From assembly GCA_033762295.1 (NCBI GenBank), contig JANRLW010000104.1, positions 1-18,266 of the forward strand: a stretch of 18,266 nucleotides of DNA, given 5' to 3'. The stretch's first letter is position 1; each line of letters starts with the position of its first letter. The notes beneath the pieces are model-generated. The model saw only the letters and a list, made by a program, of their open reading frames with translations, was not told the origin of the DNA and searched no databases. Below are positions 8,607-15,650 of this stretch, piece after piece. The position numbers were made by a program, and so were the translations under genes. The DNA comes from Capsulimonadales bacterium (GTDB lineage: Bacteria; Armatimonadota; Armatimonadia; Armatimonadales; Armatimonadaceae).

Positions 8607-10052
8607 ATGGGAATGAACTTTATCAACGGTGAATGGACGCCCGGACGGAGCGGCGCGTCGTTCGAACGCAGGAATCCGGCCGATACGCGCGACCTGATCG
8701 GGCAGTATCCCGAATCCGGTCCCGAAGACGTGAACGCGGCGGTTGCCGCCGCCCGAAACGCCCTGCCGGGGTGGCGACGACTTTCGCCGGACGCCCGCGC
8801 ACAGTTTCTCTTCAAGGCGGCACAGATTCTGGAAAGCCGCAAGGCCGAAGTGGCCGCCGCACTGACCCGCGAGGAGGGTAAATCCCTCCCCGAAGCCACC
8901 GGGGAAACCGGTCGAGGCGTCGTCCTCCTCCGTTATTTCGCCGGAGAAGGACTGCGTGTCGGAGGCGAGGTGATCCCGTCCGTGCAACCGAACGCCCTCC
9001 TGTTCACCGAACGGGTTCCGCTCGGGGTCGTCGGGTTGATCACGCCCTGGAACTTCCCGGTCGCGATTCCGCTCTGGAAAGCCGCCCCCGCCCTCGTTTA
9101 CGGCAACACCGTCGTTCTTAAACCGTCCGAACTGTCTCCGGAGACCGCCCGCCTGCTGACCGAAGTTCTGCACGAGGCAGGGCTGCCACCGGGCGTCTTC
9201 AATCTGGTACAGGGAGGCAGGGAGGCGGGAGCGGCCCTGACCCGATCCGAACTCCACGGGTTGTCCTTCACCGGTTCCGTCGCGACGGGCAAGGCGATTG
9301 CCGCCGCCTGTGTCGAACGCGGGATTAAGTATCAGCTCGAAATGGGCGGAAAAAACCCGGTCGTCGTGCTCGAGGACGCCGACATGGCGCAGGCCGTCGA
9401 ACTGACCGTCCAGGGCGCGATGAAGTCCGCCGGCGAGAAATGCACCGCCACCTCCCGCGCCATCGTGGTGGAAAGCGTCGCCGACGAATTTACCCGCCGG
9501 GTCGTCGAGCGTGTCCGGCATCTGGAGATCGGCCCCGGCACCGATCCGAACGCCTACCTCGGCCCGGTCATCACGGCTGAGGCAAGGGAAAAGATTCGGG
9601 CGCATATCGATCAGGCGGTCTCCGGAGGCGCGCACCTTCTGTGTGGCGGTTCCCCCGCCCACCGGCCCGACCTGATGTACGGCCATTATATCTGGCCCGC
9701 CGTTCTTGATCGGGTCACTCCGGAGATGCCCATCGCTCAGGAGGAGGTTTTCGGGCCGGTTCTGGCGATCCTTCGAGTTCCGGACTTCGATACCGCTCTG
9801 AAAGTCGCCAACGGGGTCGCCTACGGTCTTTCCGCCTCGGTCTTCACCGCCGATATCGGGAAGGCGTTGCGGTTCGCACGGGAGATCGAAGCCGGTCTCG
9901 TCCGCGTCAACGGCGAAACGGCCGGGGTGGAGCCGCAGGCCCCGTTTGGCGGTATGAAAGCGTCCTCCTCCTTCTCACGGGAGCAGGGTCAGGCGGCGAA
10001 GGAGTTCTACACCCAGATCAAGACGATCTCGCTCGAAAAGGCCGGTACGTGA
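8607..10052 (+). CDS. NAD(P)-dependent aldehyde dehydrogenase (resembles the 2,5-dioxopentanoate dehydrogenase group)
   Basis: ITPWNFP, LKPSE, FTGS, LEMGGKNP, GEKCTA (catalytic Cys), EEVFGPV, PFGGMK. Substrate is inferred. Confidence 0.93.
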   Translation: MGMNFINGEWTPGRSGASFERRNPADTRDLIGQYPESGPEDVNAAVAAARNALPGWRRLSPDARAQFLFKAAQILESRKAEVAAALTREEGKSLPEATGETGRGVVLLRYFAGEGLRVGGEVIPSVQPNALLFTERVPLGVVGLITPWNFPVAIPLWKAAPALVYGNTVVLKPSELSPETARLLTEVLHEAGLPPGVFNLVQGGREAGAALTRSELHGLSFTGSVATGKAIAAACVERGIKYQLEMGGKNPVVVLEDADMAQAVELTVQGAMKSAGEKCTATSRAIVVESVADEFTRRVVERVRHLEIGPGTDPNAYLGPVITAEAREKIRAHIDQAVSGGAHLLCGGSPAHRPDLMYGHYIWPAVLDRVTPEMPIAQEEVFGPVLAILRVPDFDTALKVANGVAYGLSASVFTADIGKALRFAREIEAGLVRVNGETAGVEPQAPFGGMKASSSFSREQGQAAKEFYTQIKTISLEKAGT

Positions 10053-10053
10053 A

Positions 10054-10092
10054 AAACGGGAAGGCGACGAAGCCTTCCCGTTTCCGTTTTTT
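10054..10092. terminator. Bidirectional intrinsic terminator
   Basis: 12-bp perfect stem AAACGGGAAGGC/GCCTTCCCGTTT (10054-10065/10072-10083), A-run on the left, T-runs on the right, between convergent genes. Confidence 0.8.
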
Positions 10093-10105
10093 CCGAAAGC
10101 CGTTT

Positions 10106-10327
10106 CTACGGCAACTCGGCGGCTTTCTCCTCCGTCTTCAAGGCGTTGCCGAAGACCGCCAGCGTCGGTGCCCAGAGACCGATAAAGATTCCGAAACGCT
10201 CGCCGTACGCCGCGTCCTTTTCCCGCTGGCTGAACCAGACGGCGACCGAGAGACCGATCGATGCCAGCGACGCCGCGTACGCCATATCCGAAGTCAGTCC
10301 CGCTTCTCGTAAACGCTTGATCAACAT
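10106..10327 (-). CDS. Small membrane protein (73 aa)
   Basis: Two hydrophobic segments (AYAASLASIGLSVAVWF; FGIFIGLWAPTLAVFG). Purine-rich stretch before ATG 10327; terminator downstream. Confidence 0.75.
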   Translation of the reverse strand: MLIKRLREAGLTSDMAYAASLASIGLSVAVWFSQREKDAAYGERFGIFIGLWAPTLAVFGNALKTEEKAAELP

Positions 10328-10421
10328 TCCCTTGCCCCGTTTCCGCATGTCGGACACCGCCGATTCGGTGCTGCCGTTTTAACCTCGCGACGCGCCGGGG
10401 CGTTCCCGCATTTTCCGAAGG

Positions 10422-11543
10422 TCAGAGCGTGACCGTTTCGAACTCGGACTCGTCTGGCGCGCCGTCGGTCAGGTGCAGCGTTTTCGTTTCCAGGTCCATG
10501 ATGACGGCGGTGACGGTCGTGTAATGCTCCTCCGGGCCGACGTTCGGATCGCGATGCCGACACAGTCCGAACGGATCGTCCGTCGTATCGCGCAGGGCGG
10601 CCTGAATCGCGTCAACGGTTACCGGTACCGCCGCCAGCAGCCGTTCCCGCAACCGTTCCTCCCGCCGTCGGGAGAAGATGCGACGATCGTTCGGCGGTTC
10701 GACGATCCCGAGCGCGTCCGGATCGACGAAGTGATTCGCATGTGTCAGGCAGCCGTCCCGGCAGGAGAGAACATTGACCTTATCCGGAGCGGCTTCGAGG
10801 TCCGCGACCCGGTCCGGCGTCTGCGCGATCAGGAAGTTGGTCGAACAGGAGCGCGGCTCATCGGTAATCACACCGGCCGCCTCTTCGAAGGTCCGTGCCT
10901 GTAGAATTTCGTAACAGCGGACGTGGAACGGTTTCGCGAGGCGTGACCAATCGTCCTCGGTCGTCGTCATGCCGTTGATCGCCAGTCCGATCCCGGCGCT
11001 GTTCAGGCCGATCTTGATTCCGACGATGCCCGCCTCCGTGTAGCCGAGCGAACGATGACCGTCGACATCACGCCGCAACACTCCGCCCTGCACCTCCGGG
11101 ATCCAATCCCAATTCTGACCGATCGTCAGATGTCCGGATGCGGTCGCTTCGGGCAACAGAGCGAACGCCGTACAGCCGTCGATCTCGTACCCCGGCGGCA
11201 GTTCCCCCCGCTCCCGTCGCGCCTGCAGTTCCAGCGCGATCTTTCCGAACTGGTAATAGAGGATTTCATACCGAACATTTAGCGCGGCGATGTCGATGAA
11301 GTCGATCCCGCAGCCCTCGGCCACCCCCTCCATTTCGGAAAAATAGCCCGCGTTCGCACGGCGAATCGCGTCGGCGTAGACGGAGGCGATCTCCCGGACG
11401 GCAGGACGATCGAGGCCCACCTCCCGACGAAACCGCTCGAAGTAAAGGTCGACATTGTGACGGATGCGCGGAGCGAGGGAGCGACCGTGGGTCAATCCCT
11501 GATCGAACGGGGTTCCCGACAGGTCAACGATGGGAAGGCTCAT
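10422..11543 (-). CDS. Peptidase C45 family Ntn hydrolase (isopenicillin-N acyltransferase/Tan-like)
   Basis: G...G..HG N-terminus, EMEGVAEG, LNVRYE, autoprocessing DG|CTAF, GQNWDW, GLNSAG, HANHF. Start set at MSLPIV (11543). Confidence 0.9.
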   Translation of the reverse strand: MSLPIVDLSGTPFDQGLTHGRSLAPRIRHNVDLYFERFRREVGLDRPAVREIASVYADAIRRANAGYFSEMEGVAEGCGIDFIDIAALNVRYEILYYQFGKIALELQARRERGELPPGYEIDGCTAFALLPEATASGHLTIGQNWDWIPEVQGGVLRRDVDGHRSLGYTEAGIVGIKIGLNSAGIGLAINGMTTTEDDWSRLAKPFHVRCYEILQARTFEEAAGVITDEPRSCSTNFLIAQTPDRVADLEAAPDKVNVLSCRDGCLTHANHFVDPDALGIVEPPNDRRIFSRRREERLRERLLAAVPVTVDAIQAALRDTTDDPFGLCRHRDPNVGPEEHYTTVTAVIMDLETKTLHLTDGAPDESEFETVTL

Positions 11544-11635
11544 GCGGCGGTTGGAATCCTTTCGTAGACGAAGCGAACGATATTGTATCGTTTTTGCGCG
11601 GGGCAACGACAAAGAAAATCGCTCGCCCGGTCGCA

Positions 11636-11657
11636 TTTAATGTTCGCTTAAACATTG
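11636..11657 (+). promoter_or_regulatory. Putative regulator site (TTAA 11-bp-period direct repeat with overlapping inverted repeat)
   Basis: TTTAATG-TTCG-CTTAAAC; also AATGTT-N6-AACATT. 15/22 identical to 14209-14230. Candidate -10 TATCCT at 11675-11680. Confidence 0.5.
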
Positions 11658-11733
11658 TTCCCTACGGCCGGGGGTATCCTCTTGCAGGGCGCATGATCGC
11701 CCGCTTCCATTTTCCCTGACCTGTGAGGATGCC

Positions 11734-12648
11734 ATGCACCATCGAACGCACAACGCCTTTACGCTGATCGAATTGCTCGTCGTCATCGCCATTATCGCCA
11801 TTCTGGCGGCGATCCTGTTTCCCGTCTTTGCCCAGGCCCGAGAGAAAGCCCGGCAGATCTCCTGCCTCTCAAATCTGAAGCAGATGGGCCTCGCCTACGT
11901 GATGTATAACCAGGACTACGATGAAACCGGTCCGACGATCGACGGCGGCGACTGGATTCCCGGAGTCAATCGCTCCTCGGAATATATGAAACTGTTCCCC
12001 TATATCAAATCCGCCGATCTGTACCGATGCCCGTCCGCCGGAAGCAATGAAAACGACTGCTGGCCCAATGACGTGGCGCGGCTCCTCGGCTTCGTGGACG
12101 GTCAGGACGCCAACGGGAACTGTCTGCCGAACCGTCGGTTCAACTACGGCTACAACTGGGGCGTTCTTATCTATGCGGGCGGTGGCCTGGTGGGACGGGA
12201 AACGGCGTCCATCAATAGCGCGGGGGGCGCGTCCGACTACCATCCCGGACGTTCGATGGCCTCGATCGTCGCGCCCGCCGACGTTTTCGTCTACACGGAC
12301 TCCTACGACACCTTCCGCCCGTCCAACGGAATCGACTGGATTCTCGACTCCTACCGGGGCGGCGACCGGAACGGTTCCCTGCGTCATGGCGGCCGGTTCA
12401 ATGTCTGCTTCGCCGATGGACACGCCAAAAACATGAAGTTTATCGGGGTCAACGTCGCCGCTGCCGGTCTGCGGACCGTCATTCCTGCGATTGAGGCCGA
12501 CCGGGCGAAATGGTGCTCCGACCCGAACGAAATCCTCGTGATGAATGTTCCGGATCGGTACTCCTACGGCCTGCCCGATCAGCCCTGCGGAACCCTCCTG
12601 TCCAACGCCAACCTTCAGGCGCTGGGCGCGACGTTCTGGCAGGAATAG
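11734..12648 (+). CDS. DUF1559 family prepilin-type N-terminal cleavage/methylation protein with H-X9-DG motif (paralog 1)
   Basis: [57 protein letters not shown]. Confidence 0.93.
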   Translation: MHHRTHNAFTLIELLVVIAIIAILAAILFPVFAQAREKARQISCLSNLKQMGLAYVMYNQDYDETGPTIDGGDWIPGVNRSSEYMKLFPYIKSADLYRCPSAGSNENDCWPNDVARLLGFVDGQDANGNCLPNRRFNYGYNWGVLIYAGGGLVGRETASINSAGGASDYHPGRSMASIVAPADVFVYTDSYDTFRPSNGIDWILDSYRGGDRNGSLRHGGRFNVCFADGHAKNMKFIGVNVAAAGLRTVIPAIEADRAKWCSDPNEILVMNVPDRYSYGLPDQPCGTLLSNANLQALGATFWQE

Positions 12649-12664
12649 GCGGGGGGGACACGGT

Positions 12665-12841
12665 ATGACAAGACGCTTTCTTCTGTCGCTGCTGCTGGCG
12701 ATGCCGTTCTTCGCCGGATGCGCCCCGAAAGAGGACCTGACTCAGTACACGAAACCGACGGCGGAGCACGCCACGCCCTATCCCGGCATGGAAGGGGCAA
12801 AATTGAACCCGAAAGGCGTTGCCGGAAAGCCCGCCAAGTAA
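12665..12841 (+). CDS. Small lipoprotein (58 aa)
   Basis: MTRRFLLSLLLAMPFFAG|C: basic N-region, hydrophobic core, lipobox FAGC. G-rich SD; starts 16 nt after the DUF1559 stop. Confidence 0.8.
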   Translation: MTRRFLLSLLLAMPFFAGCAPKEDLTQYTKPTAEHATPYPGMEGAKLNPKGVAGKPAK

Positions 12842-12865
12842 CGTTTGGCGGGATTCCCGGATGTG

Positions 12866-12902
12866 ACCGCCTCCTTCCTCCTGCCGGGAAGAAGGAGGCG
12901 GT
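12866..12902. terminator. Strong hairpin between convergent genes
   Basis: 12-bp perfect stem ACCGCCTCCTTC/GAAGGAGGCGGT; no U-tract on either strand. Confidence 0.55.
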
Positions 12903-12908
12903 GCGCGT

Positions 12909-13991
12909 CTACGCGATGGTCGCCTCGCGGCCGGTCGCCGCGGACTCGTAGAGGGCATCCATGATCTGCGTCACCATCATCGCCTGTTCGCCGGTCGCCG
13001 CGCCCATCTCCTCGATGGTCCGGTCGTCGCGAACCGCCGTCAAAAAGGCGCGAATCTCCTCGCCATGCGTCGAACCGACTCCCGGCAGCCAGCCCGGCTT
13101 GGTATCGGTTAACGTCCCGAACTCCTCGCGGAAGATCGTGATGTCATGGCTGTACCCGTCGAGATACGCCCCGGCTTCCGTCCCGAAAAGATGGGTGGAG
13201 AACTCCTCGCGGGCGATGTTCGCGATAAACGAGGCTTCCAGAGCCATCGTCGCGCCGTTCTCGAACCGGATCAAGGCGGAGGCGAAGTCCTCCACCAGAT
13301 AGTTCTCCGGCGCCCACGTTCCCCACATCCCGATCATGCCGCCCGGTTTCGTCCCCATCTTGTTGTAGGTCGCGCCGAACGCCCCGACCGGCTTCGGATG
13401 TCCCATCAGCCAGAGCGTCATGTCCGTGATATGGACGCCGATGTCGATCAACGGTCCGCCCCCGCTGATCTTTTTGTCCAGAAAGTTCGGCGACGTCGGC
13501 ACCTGACGGCGGCGGATCGCCCGCGCGCGCGCATAGTACATCTCGCCGAACTCACCGGCGATCGCCGCCCGCTTCAGGCACTGCGCCCCCTGCCCGAACC
13601 GCATATTGAAACCGATCTGCAGTTTATTGCCGGTTTCATTCGCGGCGGCAATCATCTCGCGGCACTCCGCCGTGTTCATCGCCATCGGCTTTTCGCAGAG
13701 AACGTGCTTTCCGGCGCGGAGCGCCGCCACCGTCGCGTCCTTATGCACCCCGTTCGGCGTACAAACCGAGACGACATCGATCTCCGGCATCGCCAGCAGT
13801 TCGTTGAAATCCTCGAACGTATGCGCGATGTTCCAGCGTTCGCTCCGGGCGTCCGCGAGACGCTCCGGGAGAATATCCGCCGCCGCAATCACTTCGCACA
13901 TGTCCGGGAGTTTGGTGTAACCGCCCATGTGCGCGCCACGGGCGATGCCGCCAAACCCGATAATCCCGACCCCGATCTTTCCGTCCTTCAT
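12909..13991 (-). CDS. Gfo/Idh/MocA family oxidoreductase
   Basis: IGIIGFGGIA-type Rossmann start (VGIIGFGGIA), VCTPN..H, GKHVLCEKP, GGGPLIDIGVH, VED. GAGGGA SD before ATG 13991. Confidence 0.93.
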   Translation of the reverse strand: MKDGKIGVGIIGFGGIARGAHMGGYTKLPDMCEVIAAADILPERLADARSERWNIAHTFEDFNELLAMPEIDVVSVCTPNGVHKDATVAALRAGKHVLCEKPMAMNTAECREMIAAANETGNKLQIGFNMRFGQGAQCLKRAAIAGEFGEMYYARARAIRRRQVPTSPNFLDKKISGGGPLIDIGVHITDMTLWLMGHPKPVGAFGATYNKMGTKPGGMIGMWGTWAPENYLVEDFASALIRFENGATMALEASFIANIAREEFSTHLFGTEAGAYLDGYSHDITIFREEFGTLTDTKPGWLPGVGSTHGEEIRAFLTAVRDDRTIEEMGAATGEQAMMVTQIMDALYESAATGREATIA

Positions 13992-14208
13992 GGCTTCCCT
14001 CAGGTTCCCTCGCTTGCACGGAGGGAACGGTTTCTCAGGCAAGGTTTCGCCAGGATATTCGACGTTTCCTACGCCGCGTATTCGCCGTTTCCTTCCGCCA
14101 CCGGCACCCGCCCGCCACAAAACCTCTTTTGTCCGATTTGCGACCAATTCCCGCCCGATTCAAAGCAACTTCCCGACGGACGAAAAAAATTAGAAAAAAC
14201 GGCCATGT

Positions 14209-14241
14209 CTTAATATGTGCTTAACAATAGCGCGTTATAAT
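14209..14241 (+). promoter_or_regulatory. Promoter of DUF1559 paralog 2: tandem repeat in place of -35, plus consensus -10
   Basis: CTTAATA-TGTG-CTTAACA (14209-14226), 9 nt, TATAAT (14236-14241). A-tracts lie upstream at about 14183-14199. Confidence 0.65.
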
Positions 14242-14375
14242 CCCTTCGTTTTGCAAAGAGGTTAACCGTACGGTCGACCCCCTGGCGAGCGAATTCCACG
14301 CTCGCAAGAGGAAAGTCGGACCACCCACAGATAGAGACGGAAAGGTTCGCACAACCATTTCCTTCGGAGGCATCC

Positions 14376-15284
14376 ATGCAGACCCGAAAACAGAGCGCGT
14401 TCACGCTGATCGAACTGCTCGTCGTCATCGCTATCATTGCCATTCTGGCCGCTATCCTTTTCCCGGTTTTCGCCCAGGCTCGCGCCAAGGCTCGTGCCAT
14501 CTCCTGCCTTTCCAATGTGAAGCAGGTTGGTCTTGCTTTCGCTATGTACGTGCAGGACTATGATGAGACCACCCCGTCCGGTCGTGGTCGTGGTTGGGAA
14601 TGGTGGACGGAACTCTATCCGTACATCAAGAACATCGAACTTCTGTACTGCCCGGATCGCAATGATGGTCCTGTGACCACCCGCAACGTCGGCGACTCCG
14701 GTCAGAGCTTCCAACTCCGCAAGTATACCGGTTATGGCTACAACTGGGGCCCCTACGGTTGGCGTGGTGGTGGTCTGCTTCAGCGCCAAACGGCTGACCT
14801 CGTTCGTGACCCGAGCGGTAAAACCAGCCACATCCCCGGCAAGTCCCTGGCCTCTATCCAGTTCCCGGCAGAAATGTTCGCGTTCGGCGATACCTGGGAC
14901 ACCCCGCGTATGACCATTGGATTGGGCTTCGCAGCAGATACCTGGAACGGCACCAGCAACGCCTCCATCCGCCACCAGGGCTTCCTGAACTACGCCTTCG
15001 TGGACGGTCATGCCAAGTCCGTCCGGGTTCAGGGGGGCTGGTGGCCGGGTGCGTTCAACAACCGCTTCCTTGCCGTGCGTGACCGCAACCTGGGGGCCCG
15101 TGCCTATTGCGCCGACCCGAACGAAATCCTGCCCGACGAGGATCCGAGATTCAGTGTGCTGGGAGCAAATCCGCCTGCGCCGAGTGGCTTGGCCTGTGGC
15201 GCGATCCACGGCTGGCTTCTGGACACCCTGCCGAACTGTCCGTCTGGTGCTAATGGCTCCACCGCCTGCAAATTCACCGACTAA
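14376..15284 (+). CDS. DUF1559 family prepilin-type N-terminal cleavage/methylation protein with H-X9-DG motif (paralog 2)
   Basis: [57 protein letters not shown] at 14366-14370. Confidence 0.93.
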   Translation: MQTRKQSAFTLIELLVVIAIIAILAAILFPVFAQARAKARAISCLSNVKQVGLAFAMYVQDYDETTPSGRGRGWEWWTELYPYIKNIELLYCPDRNDGPVTTRNVGDSGQSFQLRKYTGYGYNWGPYGWRGGGLLQRQTADLVRDPSGKTSHIPGKSLASIQFPAEMFAFGDTWDTPRMTIGLGFAADTWNGTSNASIRHQGFLNYAFVDGHAKSVRVQGGWWPGAFNNRFLAVRDRNLGARAYCADPNEILPDEDPRFSVLGANPPAPSGLACGAIHGWLLDTLPNCPSGANGSTACKFTD

Positions 15285-15303
15285 TCCGTCTATCAGCCAA
15301 CCG

Positions 15304-15340
15304 ACGACCCTGATACCCGTTATCAGGGTCGTTTTCTTTC
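15304..15340 (+). terminator. Intrinsic terminator after DUF1559 paralog 2
   Basis: 12-bp perfect stem ACGACCCTGATA/TATCAGGGTCGT, 5-nt loop, followed by TTTCTTTC. Confidence 0.8.
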
Positions 15341-15394
15341 GTCTTTCGCCATTTTTCAAAGAATGTCCGATCCGTTCGGATAAAGGTAATAAAA

Positions 15395-15541
15395 ATGAAG
15401 GTCTCTCGAATCGCCCTGTTTTTTGCTCTATCCTTTCTCGTTTCCCTTCTGATCGGTTGTAGCGAACCTACCCGCCAGATTGACCCGTCCAAAATGACGG
15501 ACACGGAAAAGGCCGTACGACAGGAAAAAGCCGGGGAATAA
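15395..15541 (+). CDS. Small lipoprotein (48 aa), not in the supplied ORF track
   Basis: Hand translation: MKVSRIALFFALSFLVSLLIG|CSEPTRQIDPSKMTDTEKAVRQEKAGE*. Lipobox LIGC; AAAGGT SD. Confidence 0.8.
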   Translation: MKVSRIALFFALSFLVSLLIGCSEPTRQIDPSKMTDTEKAVRQEKAGE

Positions 15542-15650
15542 ACCCGTCGATCTACTCCGGACCGGGGAGGAAGCCTCCCCCCGGTTCGGGGAATCTTTCA
15601 GGGGTCGCGACCGTGCGCCCCTCCTATTCCGTTTCGCGTCAGGAGTTGTC

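Noticed and set aside
685..9686. Long opposite-strand ORFs (685..2094, 3596..4777, 5741..7069, 6489..7685, 7734..9686) and 2540..3523
   Set aside because: They overlap well-identified genes; stop-poor shadow frames are expected at high GC.
10422..11543. Beta-lactam biosynthesis inferred from the isopenicillin-N acyltransferase-like gene
   Set aside because: C45 hydrolases are widespread and no ACV synthetase or IPNS gene is present.
14248..14375. Known riboswitch (c-di-GMP, c-di-AMP, T-box)
   Set aside because: Could not find their conserved sequence elements by eye; kept only as an unassigned structured leader.
11755..14570. DNA similarity between ~11755-11930 and ~14397-14570 as a mobile-element repeat
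   Set aside because: Explained by the conserved prepilin N-termini of the paralogs, with many synonymous differences.
13146..15359. ORFs 13146..14213 (+) and 14262..15359 (-)
   Set aside because: Antisense to the Gfo/Idh/MocA and DUF1559 genes, with no domain features.
15561..15585. Hairpin ACCGGGGAGG-aag-CCTCCCCCCGGT after the 48-aa lipoprotein
   Set aside because: Bulged stem without a U-tract; cannot be called a terminator or REP element from a single copy.
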